Shown: positions 1 through 10,272, numbered from the stretch's first letter. The stretch is 64,000 nt of DNA from an uncultured delta proteobacterium (GCA_963776345.1 CAVZMH010000016.1:256001-320000); one strand, 5' to 3'. Notes: generated by a model from the sequence alone, not told the origin. Program-made: numbers and translations.

Positions 1-598
1 CCGAGCGGAGGAGGTGGGTGCTCCACAGCCCGACCGCCGCGTTCAGCACGCCGAAGACCAGGCCGGTGCGCACCAGCCCCAGCCGGGGCACGAGCAGGAG
101 CGGAAAGAGGAGCGAGGCGAGCAGCGCGCCCAGGTAGTCGACGGTGAGCACGCGGGCGATGAGGTCCTTGAAGGGGAGCTGGTCCCGGAGCACGCGGAGC
201 AGCAGCGGGATCTCCAGGCCGACCAGCGTCCCCACCGCGGCCACGAACCCGTAGAGCACGCCCCGGAAGAAGGACAGGTGGGCGAAGGCCAGGAACAGCG
301 CCGGCGCGGCCAGCCCGCCCACCAGCGCCACCCCCAGCTCCACCTCCACGAATCGCCGGGCGACCTGGGTCTCCAGCTTCCCGGACAGCCAGCTCCCCAG
401 GCCCATGGCGGAGAGGTAGAGCCCGATGACGGTCGAGAACTGCACCACCGAGTCGCCGAGCAGATAGCTGGCCAGCGTCCCGGCGAGCAGCTCGTAGACC
501 AGGCCGCACACCGCGATGATCAGCGCGGTGACGAGCAGCAGCTTCGCATCGAGCGCCTCGGGCCTCCTCCGCCCGGGCGCCGCGGCGTCGGCGTCCAT
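1..598 (-). CDS. speE: Polyamine aminopropyltransferase (membrane-domain spermidine synthase), N-terminal part; runs off window start
   Basis: My translation from ATG at 598: ...[49 protein letters not shown]...VGLEIPLL...[13 protein letters not shown], the typical N-terminus of membrane-type SpeE; same operon as speD. Confidence 0.88.
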   Translation of the reverse strand, partial: MDADAAAPGRRRPEALDAKLLLVTALIIAVCGLVYELLAGTLASYLLGDSVVQFSTVIGLYLSAMGLGSWLSGKLETQVARRFVEVELGVALVGGLAAPALFLAFAHLSFFRGVLYGFVAAVGTLVGLEIPLLLRVLRDQLPFKDLIARVLTVDYLGALLASLLFPLLLVPRLGLVRTGLVFGVLNAAVGLWSTHLLRS

Positions 599-599
599 G

Positions 600-815
600 T
601 CAGCCGTGGATGGCGGCGCTGATGATCAGCGACAGCCCGATGATCATCGAGCCGATGACCACGCCCAGCGCGGTGTTCTGGTCCTCCTCCAGCTCCTTCC
701 GCAGCGAGAAGGGCGACACCCTGGCGATCACGAAGAACGCCACGGCGAAGACGACGATCCCCACCACCGAGAAGACGACCACCTCGATCAGCGCCCTCAC
801 CGTGTGTTCCGGCAT
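600..815 (-). CDS. DUF350 family small membrane protein
   Basis: [23 protein letters not shown]...[42 protein letters not shown] upstream; usual position before speE. Confidence 0.85.
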   Translation of the reverse strand: MPEHTVRALIEVVVFSVVGIVVFAVAFFVIARVSPFSLRKELEEDQNTALGVVIGSMIIGLSLIISAAIHG

Positions 816-837
816 GATGTCCTCCAGACCGTCGTCG

Positions 838-1020
838 CTACTTTCCACCCGAGAAGCCGCTGTGCCAGAAGTGGTACGACCGGTAGCCCCCGGGAGAAGA
901 GCGCACGCTCGGGTCGATGCGCTGGTGCGGGGGCGTGACCATCCGCCAGCCGCTGACGCTGCCCCAGACGAAGGCCCCCAGCGTCGCGAGCACCCACAAC
1001 CGGTAGAGCCAGGTCATCAT
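838..1020 (-). CDS. Small conserved hypothetical protein of the speD-DUF4178-DUF350-speE operon
   Basis: MMTWLYRLWVLATLGAFVWG...SVRSSPGGYRSYHFWHSGFSGGK; start overlaps the stop of the upstream gene (TGATG). Confidence 0.7.
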   Translation of the reverse strand: MMTWLYRLWVLATLGAFVWGSVSGWRMVTPPHQRIDPSVRSSPGGYRSYHFWHSGFSGGK

Positions 1021-2957
1021 CAGTCGTCGCCGCCGGAGCCGAGATTGGAGTTCTCCCAGCGCGCACGCTCGAAGGCCGCCGCACGCAGGGGGTAGGCGAG
1101 GGGCCAGGAGAGGAGCGCCAGGCAGCCGAGGAACTGCCAGATGCTGAAGTTCTCGCCGCGCAGCCGCAGACGGATGCTCGGCGGCGGCCGACCCTGCTCC
1201 CACTGGAGGTCGGCCCGGAGGATCGCCGCCCCCGGGCCGGGCCCGCCGATGGCCACCGAGCCAGCACGGTGGTCCTCGGTCCAGCGCTCGCCGTCCTCGA
1301 CGCCGGCGTAGTAGCTGGACTCCACGGCGAAGGGCGCGGCCTCGCCGCTGTCGGTGTTGATCACCGCCCCCTCGGCGTACGCCCAGGTCCCGACCGCGTC
1401 GCTCGACAGGTCCACCCGGAGCGCGCCCTTCCCGCCCAGGGTGAACTCCGGCGAGAGGTAGCCGTGCATCCGCTCACCGCCCGGGCTGGGCTCGGCGTCT
1501 CCGCCCAGGAGATCCTCCGGGGTGAAGGACCGATCGACCAGGACGCGCCCCGGCCGGGCGGCAAAGGCGCCGAGGAGCACCAGCAGGCCGAGGATGCCGC
1601 CCGCCATCCAGCGGCGCAGCGTCCGCCACGTCGCCTGGTGGGGCCAGGGCTGGAGCTCCCCCACTCCCTGCGGCCGCTCCTGCACCAGCCCGGGCCGGCC
1701 GAAGGCGTTGGCCACCTCGGCCCGCTCGAGGTGCTCGAGGTGCGTCCAGTTCACCTCGCCGTCGCCGAGCTCGCGGGCGAGGCCCTCGGGCGGGCGGATG
1801 TACTCGTCGACCTGGACCTCGTCGCCGGCCTGGACCGCCCAGTAGAACTCGCCCAGGACCTGGTCCACCCTGCCCTTCACGGACGAGAAATGCCGGAACC
1901 GCTTCCCCTGGTACTCGGCGTCGTCGGCGGCGAGGACCTCGCCCACCGAGATGGCGGTGGCCAGCTGCCAGTGCCCCTCGCTCTCCACCAGCCAGGCGAA
2001 GCCCTGTGCCTTCTCCTCCCAGAGCAGGTACTCGCCCCAGGGGTAGCGCACGCCGTCCACAGTGCAGCTGCGGAGCATCCACCCCACGAGCAGGAACTGC
2101 CGGCCACGCAGGAGCCCGGCCGAGCCGAGCGGGATGCGTGGCTCCTTCCGTCCGCGCTCCAGCGCCCCGATGACCCGGAAGGCGCCCTGGCTGGTGTCGA
2201 GGAGGTGGTTGCAGCTCTCGCACACCACCCGGACGCTCTGGTCCGGGACGCGGACCGAGAGAGGCGCTCCGCAGTTCGGGCAGGTGAGCTTCTCGCCGCG
2301 GGGCGCCTGCCGCGCCGGCGGCTGGTCCGGCCTCTCGCCCAGGTGCAGCGCCTCGAACGGAACCTCACGTCCGGCGTAGAGGACGGCCTCTCCGGTCCCG
2401 TCGCCGAAGTCGAGGGTGGCGAATCCGCCCTTCTCGCTCTCGCAGTCGGCGGTGAGTGGGGATTCACCGGGGGTCACCGGGTCGGGCAGCTCACCCTGCG
2501 CGCCGACGATGCGCGCCTGCTTCACGTCGCTCACCGTGAAGCGGCCGAGCCCCTGGATGAAGAAGCTCTGGCCCGGCTCGACCCCGCGGCGGGGCAGCGG
2601 GCGCGGCGACATCCTCATGGTGACGTAGAAGCGCCCCTGCGCCTCGGCCAGCCAGCCCCAGCGGCCGTCGGCGAAGGCGAGGTACCACTCGTCCCAGACC
2701 CCCTGCTGCCACTCGTACTGGAGGCGGCCGATGACCTCGAACGCGAGCTGGCCGATGACCCCGTGGCTCCCCAGCCCGATGCGCGATCCGGTGGGGATGA
2801 GGTCCGCCACCTTGCCCACCGCCGCGAAGTCCTGGCCCGACCGGACGACGATCGCCTGGCAGTGGCTGCACACGGTCGCCCGGGAGGCGCCGAGCTTGAA
2901 CTCGATGGCGGCTCCGCAGTTGGGGCATCGGCCCTGGCGCGCCGGGGACTCGGTCAT
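1020..2957 (-). CDS. DUF4178 domain protein (two zinc-ribbon + DUF4178 units, C-terminal TM segments)
   Basis: Start MTESPARQGRCPNCGA; CPNC..CSHC and CPNC..CESC ribbons; WDEWYL/WGEYLL and GELP/GEFYW repeats; overlaps the speD stop. Confidence 0.85.
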   Translation of the reverse strand: MTESPARQGRCPNCGAAIEFKLGASRATVCSHCQAIVVRSGQDFAAVGKVADLIPTGSRIGLGSHGVIGQLAFEVIGRLQYEWQQGVWDEWYLAFADGRWGWLAEAQGRFYVTMRMSPRPLPRRGVEPGQSFFIQGLGRFTVSDVKQARIVGAQGELPDPVTPGESPLTADCESEKGGFATLDFGDGTGEAVLYAGREVPFEALHLGERPDQPPARQAPRGEKLTCPNCGAPLSVRVPDQSVRVVCESCNHLLDTSQGAFRVIGALERGRKEPRIPLGSAGLLRGRQFLLVGWMLRSCTVDGVRYPWGEYLLWEEKAQGFAWLVESEGHWQLATAISVGEVLAADDAEYQGKRFRHFSSVKGRVDQVLGEFYWAVQAGDEVQVDEYIRPPEGLARELGDGEVNWTHLEHLERAEVANAFGRPGLVQERPQGVGELQPWPHQATWRTLRRWMAGGILGLLVLLGAFAARPGRVLVDRSFTPEDLLGGDAEPSPGGERMHGYLSPEFTLGGKGALRVDLSSDAVGTWAYAEGAVINTDSGEAAPFAVESSYYAGVEDGERWTEDHRAGSVAIGGPGPGAAILRADLQWEQGRPPPSIRLRLRGENFSIWQFLGCLALLSWPLAYPLRAAAFERARWENSNLGSGGDD

Positions 2958-3325
2958 GGGCGGGGCCCGGGGCGGGCGATGCGCCGCACCTCCACCCGCT
3001 CGGCGCCGAGGAGCTCCGCCAGCCGCTCCGCCCACGGCCAGTCCGGCCGCGGCCGGCAGCAGTAGAGGTTGAAGGCCGCGTAGCCGGTCTCCGGGAAGGT
3101 GTGCGCGGTGAGGTGCGACTCGGAGAGGAGCTGCACGGCGGTGACGCCGCCGTGTCCGGGGAAGGCGTGGACACTCGCCGGCGCGACCGGGTGGAGGCGG
3201 AGCTCGTCCATCGCCCGGACGAAGAGGGCGGAGAGCTGTGCCGGGCTCTGGAGCGCGGCGGGCTCGCAGCCGAAGGCGTCCACCACCCACTCGACTCCGT
3301 CGCCAAGGACGAGGGGAACTCCCAT
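2954..3325 (-). CDS. speD: S-adenosylmethionine decarboxylase proenzyme
   Basis: GGVTAVQLLSESHLTAHTFPE with the E-SH autocleavage motif; FNLYCC. Confidence 0.9.
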   Translation of the reverse strand: MGVPLVLGDGVEWVVDAFGCEPAALQSPAQLSALFVRAMDELRLHPVAPASVHAFPGHGGVTAVQLLSESHLTAHTFPETGYAAFNLYCCRPRPDWPWAERLAELLGAERVEVRRIARPGPRP

Positions 3326-3358
3326 CGGCCAGCGCTTATAGCGAAGGGGGCTGCCGTT

Positions 3359-3670
3359 TCACTCGAGAGCGGGCCGGCGCACGGCGACCGTTCCCTCCGG
3401 TGACGCCTCGACGGAGCGCCTGGCGGTCGCGATGCAGGAGGAATGCAGGAGGAGACGCGCGAGCAGCGAGTGCAGCCGCGGCGCGTCGACCGCGAGCCGC
3501 GGGCACGCGGAGCGCCGACGGAGCAACTCGTCCTGCTGCTCGCAGAGGCAGCGATCGGTCCGAGCCTCGTCGCGCAAGATCTGCGCGTCGTTCACGAGCC
3601 CCAGGTGAATCTGCGCCTCGCATCGAGGGAACTCGCAGGGTTGCGGCGAGATCGTCTCGGCACGAGCGAT
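3359..3670 (-). CDS. Possible small Cys-rich hypothetical protein (start uncertain)
   Basis: GC3-rich frame (PCEFPRCEAQIHLGLVNDAQILRDEARTDRCLCEQQDELL...); no clear start codon. Confidence 0.3.
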   Translation of the reverse strand: MARAETISPQPCEFPRCEAQIHLGLVNDAQILRDEARTDRCLCEQQDELLRRRSACPRLAVDAPRLHSLLARLLLHSSCIATARRSVEASPEGTVAVRRPALE

Positions 3671-3699
3671 GCTCGTGGCTGCTGCAGGAGGACTGACCG

Positions 3700-4107
3700 A
3701 TGCGCGTGCCCGTGAGTCATGAACTCGTTGCTCGACATTCGGTGTCCCGGGTCCTGTTCCATGCATTCGCGGCCGGGGCGCTGAGCGCCGTGCTCCTGCT
3801 CATCCTGGATTCGGTCTTTCGGCTGCCGGTGGCCAGCGCGCTCTACCTCGCGGGGGCACCCGCGGTCTCCGCACTGGTGGCGGCCCACTACTTCTGGCGG
3901 GGTGAGGCCGAGGAGCCGTTGATTGCGGCGATCTCCTTCACCGGAGTCGCGGCCGTCCTCGACCTGGTGCTGGCTGCCCTCGCGCGCGGCCGGATCGACC
4001 TGCTCGACCCGGCGTTCAGCTTCGGGCTTCCGCTCATGCTCGTCTTCGGTACGACCGGCTTGACGGGTGAGCTCGTTCCCACGATCCGCCGGAGCAGGTC
4101 GGCCTGA
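3700..4107 (+). CDS. Hypothetical membrane protein (about 4 TM)
   Basis: AGGAGG RBS; four hydrophobic segments. Confidence 0.65.
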   Translation: MRVPVSHELVARHSVSRVLFHAFAAGALSAVLLLILDSVFRLPVASALYLAGAPAVSALVAAHYFWRGEAEEPLIAAISFTGVAAVLDLVLAALARGRIDLLDPAFSFGLPLMLVFGTTGLTGELVPTIRRSRSA

Positions 4108-4254
4108 GCAGGGGGCATCGTCGCCGCTGCGGCCGCCGGGCGCGCCTGGTACGCTTCGCGTCGGTAGGCTCCGGGATCCGCAACGGAGCCTCGGGCGGGT
4201 GTCATCAGAGGAGGCCCGGAGCTCGGTGCTTCGGCCCTTCCTGGGAGGGAGCAC

Positions 4255-4731
4255 ATGGAAACGACTCGACTGCTCGGGCTCGTGGGCTTGTCCGCACTGA
4301 TGGCCTGCGCGACGGAGAAGGCGGCACCTGCGCCGCCGCGCACGTTCATGGTGTCGTTGACCCCCGGCGCCGGGACACCCCCATGCGCGTCGGCGGGTAC
4401 CAACGCGTCGGGCACGGCCACGATCGCCGTTGCGCCGGACGATTCGTCGATCAACGTGATGGTGAGCTACACCGGTCTCTCGGGAGAGCCGACGGCCGCG
4501 CACCTCCACTCCGGTGCCGCATCCGCTCCGGGCCCGATGGTGCTGCCCTTCTCCGGCTCGCTGGCCTCGCCGTTCAGCAAGACGTTCACCGCCGCTGATT
4601 ACGTCGCGGCTCCGGGCGCCCCACCCGACTTCCGCAGCTTCGTGACTGCCTTGAAAGGCGGCGGTGCGGCCTACGTCAACGTCCACACCGCGGCCTGCAA
4701 GCCAGGAGAGATCCGGGGCGAGATTCAGTAG
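4255..4731 (+). CDS. CHRD domain lipoprotein
   Basis: Lipobox-like ALMAC; AAHLH..G...GP and YVNVHT...GEIRGEI CHRD motifs; GGAGG RBS. Confidence 0.88.
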   Translation: METTRLLGLVGLSALMACATEKAAPAPPRTFMVSLTPGAGTPPCASAGTNASGTATIAVAPDDSSINVMVSYTGLSGEPTAAHLHSGAASAPGPMVLPFSGSLASPFSKTFTAADYVAAPGAPPDFRSFVTALKGGGAAYVNVHTAACKPGEIRGEIQ

Positions 4732-4974
4732 CCGGCTCCGAGGTCGCGCTCCGGCACGACGGACGATCTCGACGGCCATCGGCGGCCCATGCGCCTGATG
4801 GGCTCGCAGAATGGGGAACGTCCGCCCGAAAAATGGGGAGCGCTCCCGATGTGGGGGGCTCCGCGAGGCACCTACGGTCGCGGTCGCCCAGGCACCTGCC
4901 TGGGGCCCGAGGCGCAGACCGCGGCAGACATTCCGCGGTGGGTTCGCGCCGTACCACACCGTGGGAGGAGCACC

Positions 4975-5553
4975 ATGAAGTTCATCTCAGCCTGTTTCAC
5001 ACTGTCCGGAACGCTGACGCTCATCGCAGCGTGCGGCGGTGCACCGGGCTCGCCCGTCACCGACGCGCCCGCAGCCCTCACCGCGAGCTCGCGCAGCGCG
5101 CACCCGAACGAGGACGAAGCCGAGGATGATGGGCACCGGCGATGCCCGAAGGCGGCCGAGTTCGACGGAGTGAGCGAGCGAATCGAGCACCAGCTCAACA
5201 TCGCCCGGCACGCCGTCTGCAAGTACCGCCGGCTCGAGGCTGCGCTCGCCGCCGGCTACGTGGACTCCGGCCTCCCCTGCATCCCCGGCCAGGGTTACCA
5301 CTACATCAAGAGCGCCCTGGTCGGGACGACCGACATCCGCGAGCCCTCGGTGCTCATGTACACCGCGGATGGCGAGCTCAACGGCCCGGAGTGGATCGCG
5401 CCGGAGAGCGCCTTTCCGACGCCGCCCTCGATCTTCGGCCAGAGCCTGCACAGCGAGGACGAGCTCGGGCTGTGGATCCTCCACGTCTGGGTCTGGAAGC
5501 TGAACGCGAACGGGGTGTTCGACGACGTCAATCCCCAGGTCACCTGCCCCTAG
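4975..5553 (+). CDS. Hypothetical lipoprotein (His-containing conserved family)
   Basis: MKFISACF...LIAAC lipobox; AALAAGY, GYHY, P.VLMY, LHVWVW..N.NGVF..NP motifs; GGAGGAG RBS. Confidence 0.75.
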   Translation: MKFISACFTLSGTLTLIAACGGAPGSPVTDAPAALTASSRSAHPNEDEAEDDGHRRCPKAAEFDGVSERIEHQLNIARHAVCKYRRLEAALAAGYVDSGLPCIPGQGYHYIKSALVGTTDIREPSVLMYTADGELNGPEWIAPESAFPTPPSIFGQSLHSEDELGLWILHVWVWKLNANGVFDDVNPQVTCP

Positions 5554-6630
5554 GCACGCGGCGGGCCGCCGGCGCCTTCCCGGCCACCGGAGCCGCCGCC
5601 CCGCCGAGCCGCGCGGCGTGGGCGACGGCCTCCAGGCGGCTTCGCGCGCCGAGCTTGGCGAGGAGCGACGAGACGTGGTGGTCGACGGTCTTGGCCGAGA
5701 TGAACAGCCTCCGGGCGATCTCCACGTTGCGCAGGCCGACGCCGACCAGCTCCAGCACCTCGCGCTCGCGCGTGGTGAGCAGCGCCGGGTGGGCTCGCGT
5801 GGTCCGGCGCTGTCCCCTGGGGACCCTCTTCACTCCCAGCTCGCGCAGGTGCTGGATCGCGAGCGCGGCAGCAGGTCGCGCGCCGAGTCGATCCAGCTCG
5901 GCCCAGGCCTGCCGCAGAGGCATCTCCTCCCTCGCATCGAGGAGCGCGATGGCCGCCTCGTACGGCTGGCCGATCGCCCGCCACGCCTCGCTGGCGCCCT
6001 GCCAGTCTCCCGACATCTGCAGCGCGTAGGGCCGGGGCGCCGGCGCCCGCGGGCGTCCCCCACCGGCCCTCCAGATCCAGAACGCGAGCTCGCCCGCGAG
6101 CCACCGGTGTCGACACCGCGCAGCCTCCGCGTGGGCCTCCTCGGCCTCCTCCCGCGCCAGCCGCTCGTTCCCCGAGAGCCACGCGGCCTCGGCCCGGGCC
6201 GCGCGGAGCGGGCCGATGCGCAGCACCTCTCTCATGGGCAACGCCTCGCCTAGCGCCTCGTCGAGCGCCTGCGCGACCCCGGGGTCGCCCCGGCGCGCCC
6301 GCACCCGTCCGAGGACGGCGAGCGGGATCACCCGGCTGATGGGCAGCAGCTCGGGCCGGCGCAGCAGGCTCTCGGCGAGCTCCGCGGCCTCGGTGAACCG
6401 CCCCTGGTCGCAGCGCAGCGTCGCTTTCCACCCGAGGACGAGAACCCTCCAGACGTCGAGATCGTGCCCCTCGGCGAACTCCAGCGCCTCGGCCAGGCCT
6501 TGCTCGACGGTCGCGTGCTCGTGATCACGGACGCCGCTGATGGCGCGGTTGGTCAGGACGCGAGCCACGGCCTCGTCGAGGTGGGCTCTGCGGCCGAGCT
6601 CCAGAGCCTCGGCGAGATGGCGTGCTCGCC
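5540..6630 (-). pseudogene. 5'-truncated LuxR-family (AAA/TPR-LuxR) transcriptional regulator
   Basis: C-terminal LTTREREVLELVGVGLRNVEIARRLFISAKTVDHHVSSLLAKLG HTH after a TPR-like region; no N-terminal ATPase domain or credible start before the divergent DUF4242 gene. Confidence 0.7.
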
Positions 6631-6661
6631 AGCCACGCGTTCGGCGATGCCTGGAGGTTCG

Positions 6662-6934
6662 ATGCCTCGTTATCTGGTCCAGCGAAGCTTCCCCGACGGT
6701 CTGCAGATCCCGATGGACGAGAGCGGCGAGAAGGCCTGCCTCGCCGTCGTGGAGACCAACGCCGGCGACGGAGTCACCTGGCTGCACTCGTACGTCGCCG
6801 TCGACCGGCGCTCGACGTTCTGCATCTACGACGCGGCCTCGCCCGAGGCGATCCGCCGCACGGCCGCACGCAACAGGCTCCCGCTGGACTCCATCACCGA
6901 GGTCCGGGTGCTGGACCCGTACTTCCATCGCTAG
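6662..6934 (+). CDS. DUF4242 domain protein (SCO4226-like)
   Basis: MPRYLVQRSFP...VTWLHSYV..DRRSTFCIYDAASPEAIR...LPLDSITEV; GGAGG RBS. Confidence 0.85.
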   Translation: MPRYLVQRSFPDGLQIPMDESGEKACLAVVETNAGDGVTWLHSYVAVDRRSTFCIYDAASPEAIRRTAARNRLPLDSITEVRVLDPYFHR

Positions 6935-7093
6935 CGACTCCAGCCACGGCCCTATTTTGCGACGCTGACGGCCGCCGACGTCTCGAATCGTACCGCGCCG
7001 GCTGTGGGTCACGGTGGTACAGCGGTTTCGACACCAGCGCTCGATTCCGCCGGCCTGTTCAGAGGCCTCGGAACATGCTTGTAACCTGGGCCC

Positions 7094-8770
7094 ATGGGAG
7101 CTCGTTTCTCGACCGCGCTGTTGCTGCTCTCGCTCGCGGGTTGCACCGGATCGATCACTGGCCCTCAGGCGCCAGCATCATCACCCTCGACATCACCGTC
7201 GACGCCACCGACGCAGACGCCGAGCGGCCGCTACGTGTGCAACGACAAGATTCACCCCGCGGTGACCCAGGCCCGGCGGCTGACCGAGGTGGAGTACCAG
7301 AACGCCATCTCGGACGTGTTCGACGGCCGCCTGGCTCCCAGTACCAAGTACCCGGGCTCGGCGGGCAAGTCGGTCACGGGCTTCTCGACCGAGGCGGTCT
7401 TCAACGACATCGGAGCAAGCGGAGCCGAGCAACTGATGTTCGCGGCCGAGGACGTGGCGCTGCAGTTGCCCGCGGCGCTGGCCCAGATGACTCCCTGTGC
7501 AACGTCGGCTCCCAATGAAGCCTGCGCGAACACCTTCCTCGATACCTACGGCACCCGGGCCTACCGGCGGCCGCTGTCGACCGCCGAGCGCACCGAGCTG
7601 CTGGACGAATACCGGGCCGGAGTGGCCTCGGGTGCCAGCTTCACCGAGTCGATGGCCATGCTGGTGGACCACCTGCTGCAGATGCCGCAGTTCCTGTACC
7701 TGGCCGAAGGCGCGGCCGGCGCGGACCGGCCGCTCAATGGCTACGAGCTGGCCAGCCGGCTGTCGTTCATGCTGACGGATTCGATCCCCGACGATGCGCT
7801 GCTGGCGGCCGCGCCCGGCCTGACCGACCCGGCGACGCTCACCGCGCAGGCCACCCGGCTGCTGGCTTCGACCAAGGCCAACACCAACATCGCTCGCTTC
7901 TTCCGGGAGTGGACGGGCACCGTCCAGGTGTCGGCGGCCGACAAGAACCCGACCGCCTTCCCCTTCTTCAACGACGCGTATGCCCAGTCGATGAACGACT
8001 CGTTCGATCGGTTCGTGATCGACCAGCTTCGCAACCAGGGCACCTTGCGCACGCTGTTGCGCAGCACCGACGCCTTCGTCGACCCCACGATGGCCTCGTT
8101 CTTCGGGGTGACCGCTCCGCCCCAGGGCCAGTGGGCCAAGGTCTCGCTCGACCGCCAGCGCTACTCCGGAGTGGTGACGCAGCCGGCGATGCTGGCCTCG
8201 CTGGCTCACGAGAGCGAGACGTCGTTCGTCTTTCGCGGCCGCTTCATTCGCAAGCACCTCCTGTGCGAGAACCTGGGGGCTCCGCCGGCCGACGCGCAGT
8301 CGGTCTTTGGCTCGCTGCCCCTGCCGCCCAACCCCACCGGCAAGGACATCTCGGCGGTGGTGGTGGCGCGCGCCGAATGTTCAGGGTGCCACTCACTGAT
8401 GAACCCGGCCGGGCTGGCGTTCGAACAGTTCGACGCGGTGGGCCGGTACCGCACCACCTACGGCAGTGGCAAGACCATCGACCCGTCGGGCATCCTGCCC
8501 AACGTCGGGGCGAAGCCGGGGGTGGCCGGGCACGATCTGACGTTTGCCGACCAGACCGCGATGATGGAGCAGCTGGCGAACGAGCCCCAGGTCTCCGTCT
8601 GCATGGCGACCCAGGTGTTTCGCTTCACCGTCTCACGAATGGACACGCCGGCCGACGCCTGCGCGATTCAAGCCATCGGCGATGCGCTCACCGCATCGGG
8701 TGGCACGCTCAGCCAGGCGATCATGACGATGACTGCCACCGACGCGTTCACCCACCGGAGTGACCTGTGA
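7094..8770 (+). CDS. DUF1592/DUF1588/DUF1595/DUF1587-type lipoprotein with one CxxCH
   Basis: Lipobox LAGC; RRLTEVEYQN, AYRRPL, YELASRLSFMLTDSIPD, RGRFIRKHLLC, CSGCH..MNP.G.AFEQFDAVGRYR. Confidence 0.88.
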   Translation: MGARFSTALLLLSLAGCTGSITGPQAPASSPSTSPSTPPTQTPSGRYVCNDKIHPAVTQARRLTEVEYQNAISDVFDGRLAPSTKYPGSAGKSVTGFSTEAVFNDIGASGAEQLMFAAEDVALQLPAALAQMTPCATSAPNEACANTFLDTYGTRAYRRPLSTAERTELLDEYRAGVASGASFTESMAMLVDHLLQMPQFLYLAEGAAGADRPLNGYELASRLSFMLTDSIPDDALLAAAPGLTDPATLTAQATRLLASTKANTNIARFFREWTGTVQVSAADKNPTAFPFFNDAYAQSMNDSFDRFVIDQLRNQGTLRTLLRSTDAFVDPTMASFFGVTAPPQGQWAKVSLDRQRYSGVVTQPAMLASLAHESETSFVFRGRFIRKHLLCENLGAPPADAQSVFGSLPLPPNPTGKDISAVVVARAECSGCHSLMNPAGLAFEQFDAVGRYRTTYGSGKTIDPSGILPNVGAKPGVAGHDLTFADQTAMMEQLANEPQVSVCMATQVFRFTVSRMDTPADACAIQAIGDALTASGGTLSQAIMTMTATDAFTHRSDL

Positions 8771-10272
8771 GCCAGCGAATCGATCGCCGCCGCTTCCTGA
8801 TCGGCTCGGGTGGCTCGCTCCTGGTCCTGCCGATGCTCGAGGCCCTGGCGCCGCGCATCGCGTTTGCCCAGACCGCGGCACCTCCCAAGCGCCTGGTGGT
8901 GGTGTTCCACCCCCACGGCCGCGTGGTGGGGCCGGGCAGCAAAGAGAACTGGTCGCCGCGGACCACCACCGGCCCGCTGCCGCCCGTGGGGACGGCGCCC
9001 AGCGTCGCGCTGGCGGCCCTGGCGCCGATCAGCAACGAGATCGTCACGCTGTCGAACATCGACAACGTCGTGCGGCACACCTCGGGCGACGCCGACGGCC
9101 ACGCCAGCGCCAGCGCCACCTGCATGACGTGTGTGGTGCCAAACGGAGGCAACGCGAAGGGGCCGTCGCTCGACTACGTGGCGGGCCTGCGGCTGCGCTC
9201 GAGCGCGGCCCAGAAGATGGCCATCGTCATCCCTGCGCAGGCGGCGCCCTTCGACAACTCGGTCACCGAGAACAACGTGTTCCTGGGACCCAACGGCACG
9301 CCAGGCAACTACCAGACCATCGACCCGGTGCAGCTGATTCGCGACCTCTTCGCCTCGGTGCAGGTTGGCGCGCCGCCACCACCGCCGCCGACGCCCACCT
9401 TGCAGGACCGCCTCACCGCTCGGCGCGGCAGCATCCTCGACGCCGTCGCCAAGGGCTTCTCCAGCTTTCGCGCCAGCCTGAATTCAGCGGACCAGGCGCG
9501 ACTGGACCAGCACGCTCAATTCATTCGCGACACCGAGCTGCGCTACCCAGCGGTGCCCCCCACCACGCCGCCTGCCCCGCTCAGTTGTTCGCCTCCGGCG
9601 ACGAGCTCGGTGCCGAACTACAACTGGCCCAACTTTCGAAAGGGCGAGCACGACGACGTCTTCGCGCAGACCCAGATCGAGAGCCTGGTGCAGGCGCTGG
9701 CCTGCGATGTCACCCGCACCGCCAGCTTGAACTTCTGGGCCCAGTTCGACCCCGGCTTCGTCACCGAGTTCGCGCCGGCGACCAGCCCGTACATTGGCGG
9801 CAACTGGCACGCCAGCGTTCACGGCGACGGCAGCCCCAATGACCCCAGCCCCGCCAGCCTCACCAAGGGCTTCGGCTTCTACGCCAAGTACTACACCAAG
9901 CTGATCCAGCGCCTGGCCGCCGTTCAGGACATCGATGGCAGCCGGCTGCTCGACAACACCCTGGTGGTGTGGGTGAGCGACCTGGGCTACGGCTCGGGGC
10001 ACTACTGCTACAACTACCCGGTGGTGCTGGCGGGCATGAAGAGCGCCTTCCCGAAGGGGCAGGGCCGGCACGTGGTGGGCCAGGTCAACTCGCTGGGCGA
10101 CCTTTACGCCCAGGTGCTGCGCATGCTCGGCGGCTCCGACACCACCTTCGGCTCGACCGGCACCGTGGCCAGCGCCGCGGGCTCGACCAGCATCAACCTC
10201 ATGGCGCAGCTGGGCCGGCCGGGGCTGATCAACAAGGACACGCCGCTGCACTTCGGCCCGCTCGACCTGTAG
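8767..10272 (+). CDS. DUF1552 domain protein (Tat-exported)
   Basis: RRRFL Tat motif, LPMLEAL, PKRLVVVFHPHG, ALACDVTR, LLDNTLVVWVSD, H...YPVVLAG; GTGA overlap with the DUF1592 gene. Confidence 0.88.
   Translation: MSQRIDRRRFLIGSGGSLLVLPMLEALAPRIAFAQTAAPPKRLVVVFHPHGRVVGPGSKENWSPRTTTGPLPPVGTAPSVALAALAPISNEIVTLSNIDNVVRHTSGDADGHASASATCMTCVVPNGGNAKGPSLDYVAGLRLRSSAAQKMAIVIPAQAAPFDNSVTENNVFLGPNGTPGNYQTIDPVQLIRDLFASVQVGAPPPPPPTPTLQDRLTARRGSILDAVAKGFSSFRASLNSADQARLDQHAQFIRDTELRYPAVPPTTPPAPLSCSPPATSSVPNYNWPNFRKGEHDDVFAQTQIESLVQALACDVTRTASLNFWAQFDPGFVTEFAPATSPYIGGNWHASVHGDGSPNDPSPASLTKGFGFYAKYYTKLIQRLAAVQDIDGSRLLDNTLVVWVSDLGYGSGHYCYNYPVVLAGMKSAFPKGQGRHVVGQVNSLGDLYAQVLRMLGGSDTTFGSTGTVASAAGSTSINLMAQLGRPGLINKDTPLHFGPLDL

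Noticed and set aside
3443..3715. Plus-strand 90-aa ORF with an AGGAGG RBS
   Set aside because: Composition looks like an antisense shadow of the minus-strand frame; cannot be supported
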